Below, one piece after another: positions 51,022 to 61,017 of a stretch of DNA of 64,000 nucleotides. Within the stretch, counting starts at the first letter, position 1. Each line of letters begins with the position of its first letter. The notes below the pieces were generated by a model. That model saw nothing but the letters and a program-made list of their open reading frames with translations. It ran no database searches and was not told the DNA's origin. This DNA is from Candidatus Heimdallarchaeota archaeon. GTDB lineage: Archaea > Asgardarchaeota > Heimdallarchaeia > Hodarchaeales > Hodarchaeaceae. Made by a program: the position numbers and the translations under genes. The stretch lies in NCBI GenBank assembly GCA_020353515.1, contig CP070695.1, positions 505,173-569,172 on the forward strand. The letters are read 5' to 3'.

Positions 51022-54000
51022 ACGCCAATTCGTGTCCCTTGGTTTTATGCAGAATTTATTCTCAGAACTATTCGTAAGAAAAAAGCACGGGCTATTTTGG
51101 GTTTTCTTGGAATGATGGTAAGCGTGTCTTTGATTGTTTCTATGAATGTTTTGATTGACTCTCTCGCAGCTGACTCACTAGCGATAGCAACCGCCTCAGC
51201 AGGAGAAGTAGATGTTGAATTTGAACTAGTGAGTGCAGATAATCACAATGTTTTTACATGGGCAATAGATGTGAATATTACCGATCAACTTGAAATCAAT
51301 GATGTTTTCGACGATGGGTCTTGGGATGGATCTTCATTAACTAAATTGGGGTTTTTTCGACCTTGGTTCAATGCCACAGAATTAGTGCAGATCTATAACA
51401 AACAACCAGAATTAAGAGGTGTAAGTCCACGGTTAATAATAGATTCTGATTATGTACGGACCTCCTCAGAACGATCTGAACCATTTCCCACATCACTAAT
51501 TTTCATAAATACAACGAGAGAGGATCAACTAGATATAGGATCGCTTGTGAGTTATCAGAAAAATACTCCAGTTCCAAAACTTGAAGCAAACCAAGTTTAT
51601 ATTCTACCTTCTGCTGCTAGATCTTTAAACGTCACGACAGGAGATTTAATTGAGATTGAGCTTTATCCCTTTGGCCTCAATGATAATAAAAATCGATCTG
51701 AGATCCTAGGACTTAATGGAACCATTAATTTGAGTATTGCATCAATCGTTAAAAATCAAGAACGATTCGAGTCGGGACTTTCTAATGCTATCCTATTGGA
51801 TTATGATATGCTCTTTACAATCTTTCAAAATTATAACATAACAACAAAAGAGATTGCCAATCAAATAGTAGGAGCTTTTCCAGATGTAGACGGCATCCAG
51901 GGAGGTGGAACTTACAATTATAGAGATTTAGAAGGTATGAAGGCAAAAACCCTGAAGATAGGAGAAAAATTAACTAGCTTACTCCCTTATGACACAGTAT
52001 TCCCATCCGAAGATCAGCAGTATCATATTATGTTCTCAATCTCTTTTCCAAGAGTTCAAGCCATTCTATTCATTGCTGAGATTTCAACAATTGCACGGGT
52101 GCTTTTAGATTTCATGGCTGCTATCGCATTAATAATTGGAGGCGTTTTAATCTATTCGCTACAGACAGTAAGTGTAGAAGAACGTATAAGAGATTTTGCA
52201 ATAATGAGGACAGTTGGAGGAAAACGAAGACAAATTTGGATTATGGTAGCTATTGAGGGCCTCTCTATTGTAACTTTAGGTAGTATTACTGGAATATTTG
52301 CATCTTTAGGGCTAGCTCCAATCTTTATGCGAATCATGAGATTTGGAGACATAGCTTTGGTCATCTCTGAAGTTTCAGTTTTGACTGGACTAGTAGCAGG
52401 ATTAGGGATTGGAATCGTTTCATCTTTTTTACCAGCTTATAGGGCAACCGCAACCAATATCGTGAAAGGATTAGACCCATTACGTCAATCTATACCTGAA
52501 GCAAAATTCTCTAGAGAGAGAGGAATTAACCTGACTTTGTTAGGAGTAGGGATAGTGTTAACCATAACCTCAGCTATTGTAGTTGTTGCAATTCCTCAAG
52601 TATTAGTGGGTGGTGGATTCATATGGTTAGCTTTTCTAATTTTTGGATTGCTTTTAGTATTATTAATAGGATTAGACCTTATTTCAGTGGCATTGCTGAT
52701 TCCCGTTATGGAATTTCTTTTTTCTTTGCCTTTAGAACTTTTCAGAAAAACTAGGAAAGTCAAAGATATTGTTGTTCGTTCTTTGAGGAGAAACAGAAGA
52801 CGAACAACAGCTACAGCAGTCATGTTTAGTCTTAGCTTTGCCTTTGTCTTCTTTGTAGGAGTTACTATGGAAGTGGATGCCGCAACAGCAGAGTATAATG
52901 CAATTATGTCAAATGGTAGTGATGTTGTTCTCACAAGTCAGCGTACAGGTTTTTTCTTTTTCTTTTTTGGTAGTAGAGACAAAGTTTACTACCCTATAAA
53001 TTATGGTGAACAGATCAAAAACAGATTTCTTGAACAAGAACGCCACCGATTAGGGAATGATTCTCTAGAACTTAAACGCTATAACCGTTCCTTGAGCTTT
53101 ACAGAAGTGACACCAGATTTGTCATATGCTAGAACTATGTTTAGTTTAACCGAGGGAAATGAAACCAAAGAATATGATGCAAGCGTAAGAATTGGAGACG
53201 CCTCATTCTTTGATTCACTTTCAGCAAATATTTATGGAATCGCTCCCAATTTCCTAGATATCTTATATAACAGAATCACTTTTTCTCAAGGATCTCTTAC
53301 CGATATAACAGCTGTAGCAGAAGGTGAGTTAAATACAGCGGTAATATCAACTGGATTAGCTTCAGAGTTTAACTTAAAGAGAGGTGATCCTTTCAGGTTA
53401 CGTATTTCGACATTTAATGCCACTTATGACATATTAAACCTAACTGTAAAAGCTGTACTGGATGCAGCTCCAGGATTCTCTGGATTCAGCACAGGAACAG
53501 GATTTGGTGGATCAGACGTCTGGGTCAGTCAAGAAACTTGGCAATCATTACGTCAGATAATTCACTCAGAGAAATTACTTGCTCCATTTGGATATCTCCC
53601 AATCGAAAAGATATTCTTCAAAATTGAAGACCCTGAAGCTGGACACGATCCTGATTTTAAGCTTGAACTCGGAAAGAAACTTGGTGAGTTCCTGTCGATT
53701 TATTATCCTGATGCAGCCAATGAGGTCACCGTAGAAGAAGTTGAGAATGCAAAGGAATCCGCAGCATCAGGTCAGGCATTATTCAGTACTATAATGAGTT
53801 TAGCTGTTATAATTTCATTTTTTGGATTAATGAGTTCAATGTATAGTTCGGTTCAGGAAAGTCAATTCGAGATCGGTGTTTTAAAGTCAATGGGATTGAG
53901 AAATGGTGATGTTCGTAATTACCTTATATTTGAAAGTACTATTCTCACGTTGAGTTCAGGAGCCTGTGGAGCTCTAATCGGGTATATTTTGGCGTATACC

Positions 54001-54171
54001 TTTGAATTTCAATCAGCGAGCTTCTCAGAGTCACCTATAATTTTTGTCGTACCATGGTTCCTTTTAACATTCCTTTTTGTCACATCTATTATTGTTGGTA
54101 TACTTGGAGCTGTGATACCTGGTCGGATTGTAGTGAGTAAAAGTCCTGTAGAGATTCTTCGAAGAGGATGA
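51022..54171 (+). CDS. FtsX/MacB-like ABC permease with two FtsX domains
   Basis: ER.RDFAIMRTVGG and EIGVLKSMG motifs. The conserved N-terminal ILRTIRKKKARAILG lies upstream of the track's TTG 51097; probable start is ACG 51022 after GGAGGTGA. Confidence 0.9.
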   Translation, partial: TPIRVPWFYAEFILRTIRKKKARAILGFLGMMVSVSLIVSMNVLIDSLAADSLAIATASAGEVDVEFELVSADNHNVFTWAIDVNITDQLEINDVFDDGSWDGSSLTKLGFFRPWFNATELVQIYNKQPELRGVSPRLIIDSDYVRTSSERSEPFPTSLIFINTTREDQLDIGSLVSYQKNTPVPKLEANQVYILPSAARSLNVTTGDLIEIELYPFGLNDNKNRSEILGLNGTINLSIASIVKNQERFESGLSNAILLDYDMLFTIFQNYNITTKEIANQIVGAFPDVDGIQGGGTYNYRDLEGMKAKTLKIGEKLTSLLPYDTVFPSEDQQYHIMFSISFPRVQAILFIAEISTIARVLLDFMAAIALIIGGVLIYSLQTVSVEERIRDFAIMRTVGGKRRQIWIMVAIEGLSIVTLGSITGIFASLGLAPIFMRIMRFGDIALVISEVSVLTGLVAGLGIGIVSSFLPAYRATATNIVKGLDPLRQSIPEAKFSRERGINLTLLGVGIVLTITSAIVVVAIPQVLVGGGFIWLAFLIFGLLLVLLIGLDLISVALLIPVMEFLFSLPLELFRKTRKVKDIVVRSLRRNRRRTTATAVMFSLSFAFVFFVGVTMEVDAATAEYNAIMSNGSDVVLTSQRTGFFFFFFGSRDKVYYPINYGEQIKNRFLEQERHRLGNDSLELKRYNRSLSFTEVTPDLSYARTMFSLTEGNETKEYDASVRIGDASFFDSLSANIYGIAPNFLDILYNRITFSQGSLTDITAVAEGELNTAVISTGLASEFNLKRGDPFRLRISTFNATYDILNLTVKAVLDAAPGFSGFSTGTGFGGSDVWVSQETWQSLRQIIHSEKLLAPFGYLPIEKIFFKIEDPEAGHDPDFKLELGKKLGEFLSIYYPDAANEVTVEEVENAKESAASGQALFSTIMSLAVIISFFGLMSSMYSSVQESQFEIGVLKSMGLRNGDVRNYLIFESTILTLSSGACGALIGYILAYTFEFQSASFSESPIIFVVPWFLLTFLFVTSIIVGILGAVIPGRIVVSKSPVEILRRG

Positions 54172-54201
54172 ACTCAAATATTTCTCCTAGAGTGGGCACA
54201 A

Positions 54202-55368
54202 ATGAAAAATGAATTTGACTTACTTATAATTGGAGCAGGCCCAGCAGGTCTTGCAACAGCACTAGGCGCGAGAAGAGGCGGTGTTGAAAAAATTCTGGTT
54301 GTAGATCAACAACCAGCAGTTGGCACTCAATTAAAAGGGCAATCAATTCATTATCGTCCAGATAAATTAACAAAGATCTTTCTAGGGGATCTTCCTCGAA
54401 AAGCATTTGTGAGTGAAGTAAAATCATTTGGAAGGAATTACTATTCTCCGTCAGGAAAAAAAACATTTCACCTAGAAGATAATGTTGAAAGGGTCTGGAT
54501 TGATTTTCGCCTGTTTCTGAATGAACTTGTTAAGGAAGCAGTATTGGAAGATATTTTTTTAAGAGTAAATTCTAAGGCAATTAACTTGAAAGCGTTATCA
54601 GACAGTCAATTACAAGTATCTATCAAAGATCTATTAAAAAATCAATCAGAAACTGTAACTACACAAGTAATTGTTGGTGCTGAAGGAGCGAATAGTATAA
54701 CAGCTCAACATCAACACTTACCTCATCCATCCCCTCTTTGTCCAATTATTAGAGGACATTTTTTTGGGGAATATAATGAAAATGATATGGAATTTCTATT
54801 TTTTTCTGATGAAAACTTAGATGTAGCAGGTACAAGCTTTATTTTTCCTCACGGACATCAAAATGCAGAATTCGGATTTATCATTTTTCCAGAGGTTTCT
54901 AGTGATCCTCTTCCTGATCATTGGAAAATCTGGAAGAAGGTGTTAAATAGTCCTATGGTTAGAGAAAAGATAAGAATCTCAAGATTCTATGAAACAACCA
55001 AGTCAACAATACCTATGGGTGGCCCAGTCTTAAAAATTTACAAAAACAATTGTTTTATTATCGGAGAAGCCGCAGGGCATGTCACCCCTTCGGGAGGCTC
55101 TGGAATTCTAACGGGACTGGAACTAGGTTTGTTTTTAGGAGAACAGCTAGGAAAATCTTTTCCAAAATGGGATGAAGAAACCCTTAGGAACATTGAACAT
55201 CAAATCCTAAATCACCCAACCCATGAAAAGCTTTCACTAATGGCTCAAATCATTCTTCCATTCCGAAGGAGGCTTTTTCAGGAACTACGAACATGGGAAA
55301 AAATTGATCAAGATTGGGAAAACATTACTGAAATCCTTTCACTTGCCTTTGCCCCTAAAAATGAATGA
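54202..55368 (+). CDS. Geranylgeranyl-reductase-like FAD-dependent oxidoreductase
   Basis: IIGAGPAG, GAEGANS, FIFP, IPMGG and GEAAG...GSGI motifs. Confidence 0.85.
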   Translation: MKNEFDLLIIGAGPAGLATALGARRGGVEKILVVDQQPAVGTQLKGQSIHYRPDKLTKIFLGDLPRKAFVSEVKSFGRNYYSPSGKKTFHLEDNVERVWIDFRLFLNELVKEAVLEDIFLRVNSKAINLKALSDSQLQVSIKDLLKNQSETVTTQVIVGAEGANSITAQHQHLPHPSPLCPIIRGHFFGEYNENDMEFLFFSDENLDVAGTSFIFPHGHQNAEFGFIIFPEVSSDPLPDHWKIWKKVLNSPMVREKIRISRFYETTKSTIPMGGPVLKIYKNNCFIIGEAAGHVTPSGGSGILTGLELGLFLGEQLGKSFPKWDEETLRNIEHQILNHPTHEKLSLMAQIILPFRRRLFQELRTWEKIDQDWENITEILSLAFAPKNE

Positions 55369-55388
55369 AATTCATTAAGGATAATCAC

Positions 55389-56099
55389 TTAGATTACTAG
55401 AACACTTAGAGAAAGGAGGAAGATCGCAATATAATAAGTTACCATCACCTTCAAGACGTTTTTTGAAATTTTGTGATGAAACTCATGAATTCCAATCAGG
55501 GAATCAGAAACAATGAATATTAAAGCCCCAAAAACTACTACTATAGATTCTAATTTCCCTATAGCTATCCAGAGGAGAAAAGAAGAAACAAACATTAGAC
55601 TAATGACTACACAATATGCAATCACAGGAATTTTAAATTCTCCAAGACCAGTTTCCGACGAGTCGAGATATCGAAGGAACATGAACATGTATAATACTAC
55701 AACAAATACTACCACAGTAGATAGAATCAAATTATTAATTGTTAGGCCAATTGCAACCGCTTGACCCAGAAAAGCGATGCTTAGTAAAAATTGAGCTATT
55801 AAAAAAAGTGGTAAGCCAATCAAAATACCCTTTTCCAAACCAATGTCACCTGCAAAACAGAAAAAGAATGCTCCAAATAATATGAGATAGAAGAAGGAGT
55901 CATTAAGTCGCATAATTAAAACAAAAAAAGCTGCAAAAATTGCAGGTAATCCTTTAATGAAAGTACTGGTTGTATTAGCTAATCTCTGAATTGTTTGGTT
56001 CTCCACACGAATTTCTTTTACTTTAATACTCTTAAAAATTACGTAGATAGAAGCTAAAAGCAAAAAGATCAGAAAATAGATGAATAAAAATTCCCACAT
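55389..56099 (-). CDS. YhhN/lysoplasmalogenase-like membrane protein
   Basis: IKGLP, GDIGL, PVIAY, GALIFIVSDSLI and VMVTYY motifs. Confidence 0.85.
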   Translation of the reverse strand: MWEFLFIYFLIFLLLASIYVIFKSIKVKEIRVENQTIQRLANTTSTFIKGLPAIFAAFFVLIMRLNDSFFYLILFGAFFFCFAGDIGLEKGILIGLPLFLIAQFLLSIAFLGQAVAIGLTINNLILSTVVVFVVVLYMFMFLRYLDSSETGLGEFKIPVIAYCVVISLMFVSSFLLWIAIGKLESIVVVFGALIFIVSDSLIGIHEFHHKISKNVLKVMVTYYIAIFLLSLSVLVI

Positions 56100-56198
56100 G
56101 AAAATAAAAGGATAAAATTCTGTTTAAAAGGATTAAGTTATTATGTTTTTTGTGAGCTTATCAACTCTGATATAAGGACATTTGGTGTCACTTCGAAC

Positions 56199-56807
56199 AT
56201 GATTACCTGTATAGTGCTAGCTGCTGGCGAATCCAGACGTTTCCCAGGAAACAAACTACTTTTTGAGATCAAACCAAACCTAACAATTATCGAATATCTT
56301 CTGATGTCAATACTGGCTTCTAAGGTGGATCGGATATTTATTGTATTGGGGCATGAGGTAGAATTAGTCAATGAGAAAGTCCAAAGTTTAGATGCAGACA
56401 TACACACTATTATCAATCCACATTATAAGCAGGGAGGAATGTCCTCCTCTATACGACGGGGGATGGAAGAAGCGTTGGATAGTCACGCAGTTATGATCAC
56501 CCCAGCAGATATTCCCTTTATCCCCTCTGAAGTCTTTAACCAATTGATCGATCATTATCGTTCAATGTCACCTCTAATAATCATCCCTACTTACCAAGCA
56601 AGAAAAGGCCACCCTATTCTTATTAGCTCACAAGTTTTTAAACACGTCTTGAATATATCTGAGGAGAAAAGGGGTTTGAAGGAAATTATAGAACTGTTCA
56701 AAGAAAATATTACTTACCTTCCGACAAATTTTCAGGGAATACTTCACGATATTGATGATGTCTCTGATATAACTATAGTAAAATCCAAGATGGATATCGA
56801 TCAATGA
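56199..56807 (+). CDS. mocA: Molybdenum cofactor cytidylyltransferase (MocA-like nucleotidyltransferase)
   Basis: LAAGESRRF..NKL, GMSSSI, ADIP, GHP and DID motifs; adjacent to XDH genes. Confidence 0.8.
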   Translation: MITCIVLAAGESRRFPGNKLLFEIKPNLTIIEYLLMSILASKVDRIFIVLGHEVELVNEKVQSLDADIHTIINPHYKQGGMSSSIRRGMEEALDSHAVMITPADIPFIPSEVFNQLIDHYRSMSPLIIIPTYQARKGHPILISSQVFKHVLNISEEKRGLKEIIELFKENITYLPTNFQGILHDIDDVSDITIVKSKMDIDQ

Positions 56808-56947
56808 GAGAAACTTGAGAATGATGTTTTTCTCACAGACTATACTTATATAGAGAGATTGGCAGAGTGATAAAGATGCAAAGGAATTGAAAAAATTCTT
56901 TTTAAGCAAAGTATCTCCTCACCTAATTGCTATAAAAACGATGTCCC

Positions 56948-57196
56948 ATGATTTCAATAACCATAGAATTGATGGCAGCAGTTCGAAACCCTTTCCCAAG
57001 TAAAAAACGAAAAATTAAACTCATTAATCTTAATGATGGATTATCAATCAGAAGTTTGTTAATAGAAAGTGGTTTCCTTAAGAAGGAATTAGGCCATTTA
57101 ATTCCTATTGTAAATGGAACAAGAACATCAATGAATTATGAACTAAAAGATGGCGATCATCTATGGATTACTTTTCCGCTAGGCGGAGGTATATAG
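56948..57196 (+). CDS. moaD: MoaD/ThiS-family ubiquitin-like sulfur carrier
   Basis: IVNG...LKDGD...FPLGGG(I) C-terminus. Confidence 0.8.
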   Translation: MISITIELMAAVRNPFPSKKRKIKLINLNDGLSIRSLLIESGFLKKELGHLIPIVNGTRTSMNYELKDGDHLWITFPLGGGI

Positions 57197-57199
57197 GAT

Positions 57200-58021
57200 A
57201 TGAATCAAGAATACTATTATCCATCTAACCTAGAAGAGGCACTTAATTTACTCACAAAAGAATCCACGGTAATTATTGCTGGTGGTACTCATCTTACTAC
57301 ATCAAAAAATCGAGCTATCTCGAATTTCGTTGATATTACTCGATTAGGATTGAGTTATATAAAGAAAGACCAGCAATTAGCACGAGTGGGAAGTACTACA
57401 ACAATCACTGAAATGATAGAATCTCCTATCATAAAGCAGATTGGTAATGGGATTTTAACAAAAGCTTGTCAGCTGATTGGTGATACTCCCTTACGAAATG
57501 TTATCACCATAGGGGGTAATATTGCAGGGATTTACCCATGGGTGGGTTTACCAGTCGTTTTACTTGTGCTAGACGCGGAAATTGAAATAAAAACTCTGAA
57601 TGGGACTAAAAAAGTCCTAGCGAATGATTATTACAAGGGAAAAAAACTACAAAAGGGTGCAATCATAACAGAAGTAGCTTTCCCTTTCCGAGATGATTAT
57701 TTTTGTCAGTATGAGAAGTTTTCATTAACTACAGTAGATTACTCATGGCTTACTATGGCTTTTGCAACAAAAAATGAGAATGGTACAATTGTTGATCCCC
57801 ACCTTGCAGTTTCACGTGTATCAAAAACTCAACGAGTAAGTCAGGTAGAAGAATTTCTAGAGGGAAAATCATTAACTGATTTAGACTTGAATACAGCTGT
57901 ATCAATTCTAAAGAACTCAATCAAGGTAGTTGCTGATTACAGGTCTTCAAAAACGTATCGGGAGCATCTTTTAGGAGTATTATTTCGAAGAATGCTAATT
58001 GGAATGACAGGAGGTTTATGA
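57200..58021 (+). CDS. Xanthine dehydrogenase family FAD-binding subunit
   Basis: YYYPSNLEEA, AGGT, RNVITIGGN and DYRSS..YR motifs. Confidence 0.9.
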   Translation: MNQEYYYPSNLEEALNLLTKESTVIIAGGTHLTTSKNRAISNFVDITRLGLSYIKKDQQLARVGSTTTITEMIESPIIKQIGNGILTKACQLIGDTPLRNVITIGGNIAGIYPWVGLPVVLLVLDAEIEIKTLNGTKKVLANDYYKGKKLQKGAIITEVAFPFRDDYFCQYEKFSLTTVDYSWLTMAFATKNENGTIVDPHLAVSRVSKTQRVSQVEEFLEGKSLTDLDLNTAVSILKNSIKVVADYRSSKTYREHLLGVLFRRMLIGMTGGL

Positions 58022-58491
58022 TGATAAAAATTAATCTTACAATTAATGGAAAAGCAAAAACTTTCACAATAAAACCTGATGAACTCCTGATCGATGTCTT
58101 ACGAAAGGAGGGGTATAAAGGGGTGAAGAGGGGTTGCGACGAAGGTACCTGCGGGGCGTGTACGATTATTCTTAACGGTAGAGCCGTTAAATCATGTATA
58201 TTATTTGCTGCTCAAGCCCATGAAGGTTCAATAACTACTATTGAAGGAATTGGGACTCGTGATCATCCCCACCCAATTCAACAAGCCTTTGTTGATGAAG
58301 GTGTTGTGCAATGTGGGTTTTGTATTCCCGGCCTAATTATTAGTGCTAAAACACTCCTGGACCAGAATCCTGCACCTACTAAAGAAGAAGTAAAAAAGGC
58401 TCTTGATGGAAATCTATGTCGATGTACTGGCTACTCTGGTCAAATCAAAGCAGTACTTGACGCTGCTGCAGTTATGAGAGGTGAAAAATAG
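58018..58491 (+). CDS. Xanthine dehydrogenase family 2Fe-2S subunit
   Basis: GCDEGTCGAC, QCGFC and GNLCRCTGY motifs. Confidence 0.95.
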   Translation: MMIKINLTINGKAKTFTIKPDELLIDVLRKEGYKGVKRGCDEGTCGACTIILNGRAVKSCILFAAQAHEGSITTIEGIGTRDHPHPIQQAFVDEGVVQCGFCIPGLIISAKTLLDQNPAPTKEEVKKALDGNLCRCTGYSGQIKAVLDAAAVMRGEK

Positions 58492-60827
58492 TGAGTCCAA
58501 AGATTTTTGAGGGAAAAGTGGTTGGAAAAAGCATTGCTAAGGTCGACGCACTAAGTTTAGCAATGGGAAAACCTTTATATACAGATGATATGGATTTCAA
58601 GGATTTAGTTCATGTTAAACTACTGACGAGTCCCCATGCTCACGCTATAATCACTGATATTGACACTAGTGCTGCAGAAGAATACCCTGGAGTATTGGGA
58701 ATATTAACTCATAAGAATTGCTCCCGAGTTCTTCATACAACGGCAGGACAAGGATATCCCGAGCCAAGTCCTTATGATACTCGCTTATTTAATAAAAAGG
58801 TGAAATTTGTAGGAGATCAAGTAGCTGCAGTTGCAGCTGAAACATTAGAAATCGCTAAAGAAGCTGTAAAACTCATTAAGGTGAAATATAAGCCTTTAAA
58901 ACCTATTTTTAATTGGGATCATGCCATAGGCAATGAAACTGTTATTCATGATGAAGGTGATACCAAATACCTTATCCCTGTATTTTATGATCCAGCTAAG
59001 AATCATGTAGCCCACATAGACGCAGAGGTTGGAGATATTGACAAAGGAATTGCTGAAGCCGATCACATTGTAGATCGTACAGTGAGGAACCATTATGGGC
59101 AACATTGTCCTTTAGAGCCTCACATCTCAATTGCTTACTTAGACGAACATGATCGGTTAGTAGTACGGTCAGCAACTCAGGTTCCATTCCACGCAAGAAG
59201 AATAATAGCCCAAGTGTTGGGTCTACCAATTGCTAGAGTCAGGGTAATAAAACCACGGATTGGTGGAGGGTTTGGTGCAAAGCAGGAAATAATTACAGAG
59301 ATAATTGCTGCTTCCTTTACTCTCCAATTAAAAAGACCAGTAAAATTAGAGTATACAAGGAAGGAAGAGTTTATTTCTGCACGGACCCGTCACCCAATGA
59401 CAACGAGATTGAAAGCTGGAGTTAAGAAAGATGGGACAATAACTGCTATAGATATGAAAGTCCTAAGCAACACTGGTGCATACGGAACTCATGGTTTAAC
59501 CGTATTAAGTAATACTGGGAGTAAAACCTTACCATTGTACCATTGTGACAATATCCGCTTTGTTGGCGACACTGTTTACACAAATCTTCCTGTTGCAGGA
59601 GCATACAGGGGATATGGTGGTACACAAGCTGCACTAGCCATGGAAATCGTGATGGATGAACTGGCGAGAAAAATCGATATGGATCCTGCAGAATTTAGAT
59701 TGATAAATCATATCAAACCTGGTGAGACTTCCCCAATTTTCAAAGCTCTTGGAGAAGGCACTGAAGGACATGAACAAACAATAGACTCCTGTGGCCTTTC
59801 AGATTGTATAAAACAAGGAGCGGATGCCATTGGATGGTGGTCTAGGGAAGATCATAAGAAAAAATTCAATACTGAAACGAAAAAGAGAGGTTTTGGTTTA
59901 ATATGCATCATGCAAGGTTCAGCAATACCATATATTGACATGGCAGGGGCTTATGCGAAAATGAATGATGATGGATCATTCAATCTCCTAGTGGGAGCAA
60001 CTGATATTGGAACTGGGAGTGACACAATTTTAGCTCAAATATTCGCGGAAGTCTTAAACCTTAATGTTGGGACTGATGTTATTGTATTTTCCTCTGATAC
60101 CGATATTACACCTTTCGATAAAGGAGCTTACGCCTCATCTACAACTTATCTCTCTGGAATGGCGGTAAAAAACTTAGCTGAAAAAATAAAGAAACAGCTT
60201 CTAGATTATGCTGCAGTTCTAATGAATCTTCCTGCCAACGAACTTGAACTAAGAGAAAAGGCTGTATTTCACCCTAAAACCAAGAAATCCTTGAGTTTTA
60301 CTGAAATAGGCACAAAAGCTCTTTATACTGAGAATCAGCAACAGATAGGGCAGGTCGCATCAGAATTGGCCCGGAAATCACCTCCTCCATTCTGTGCTCA
60401 CTTTGCTGAGGTGGAGGTAGACATAGAAACTGGGAGAGTTAAAATCCTGAGATATGTTGCAGCAGTGGATTGTGGAACTCCAATAAATCCTAAATTAGTC
60501 ATTGGCCAAACGGAAGGTGCATTAGTAAACGGATTGGGTTATGCATTAAGCGAAAGTTATCATTTCAATGCCCAAGGAAGGATGATGAACCCATCATTCA
60601 GGAATTACAAGATAATGACAACCATTGATCTACCAGAAATAAAAACCATTATTGTCAAAACTTACGAACCATCAGGCCCATTCGGTGCAAAATCAATAGC
60701 TGAACCCAACATAAGTGGACCTATGCCTTGCCTTTCAAATGCCATTTATGACGCGATTGGTATTCGTATCACTGAACCTCCATATACCCCTGACAGAGTG
60801 TTGAAAGCAATCCAAGATCATAAATAA
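58491..60827 (+). CDS. Xanthine dehydrogenase family molybdopterin-binding subunit (XdhD/YgfN-like)
   Basis: HTTAGQG.PEPSP, GGGFGAK, AYRGYG, AYASSTT and GPFGAK motifs. Confidence 0.93.
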   Translation: MSPKIFEGKVVGKSIAKVDALSLAMGKPLYTDDMDFKDLVHVKLLTSPHAHAIITDIDTSAAEEYPGVLGILTHKNCSRVLHTTAGQGYPEPSPYDTRLFNKKVKFVGDQVAAVAAETLEIAKEAVKLIKVKYKPLKPIFNWDHAIGNETVIHDEGDTKYLIPVFYDPAKNHVAHIDAEVGDIDKGIAEADHIVDRTVRNHYGQHCPLEPHISIAYLDEHDRLVVRSATQVPFHARRIIAQVLGLPIARVRVIKPRIGGGFGAKQEIITEIIAASFTLQLKRPVKLEYTRKEEFISARTRHPMTTRLKAGVKKDGTITAIDMKVLSNTGAYGTHGLTVLSNTGSKTLPLYHCDNIRFVGDTVYTNLPVAGAYRGYGGTQAALAMEIVMDELARKIDMDPAEFRLINHIKPGETSPIFKALGEGTEGHEQTIDSCGLSDCIKQGADAIGWWSREDHKKKFNTETKKRGFGLICIMQGSAIPYIDMAGAYAKMNDDGSFNLLVGATDIGTGSDTILAQIFAEVLNLNVGTDVIVFSSDTDITPFDKGAYASSTTYLSGMAVKNLAEKIKKQLLDYAAVLMNLPANELELREKAVFHPKTKKSLSFTEIGTKALYTENQQQIGQVASELARKSPPPFCAHFAEVEVDIETGRVKILRYVAAVDCGTPINPKLVIGQTEGALVNGLGYALSESYHFNAQGRMMNPSFRNYKIMTTIDLPEIKTIIVKTYEPSGPFGAKSIAEPNISGPMPCLSNAIYDAIGIRITEPPYTPDRVLKAIQDHK

Positions 60828-61017
60828 AGCTGTAGTCATTAATTAGTTTTGAGTTGAATAGAAATTTTTATGTTATTATCTGAAGTAAGGAGAAAAATAG
60901 CAATTTAGATTGAAGATAAATGCTAATGCATATGATTAAAAATCTTGAACATCGTCTAATTCTTGAAAGCTACTACCAATTACTAAGCCTGAAGATTTTC
61001 AAGAGGCGATATTTGAA

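Noticed and set aside
56805-56947. Possible remnant of an aldehyde:ferredoxin oxidoreductase C-terminus before moaD
   Set aside because: Only a faint DY...RDW resemblance that requires a frameshift; not supportable by eye.
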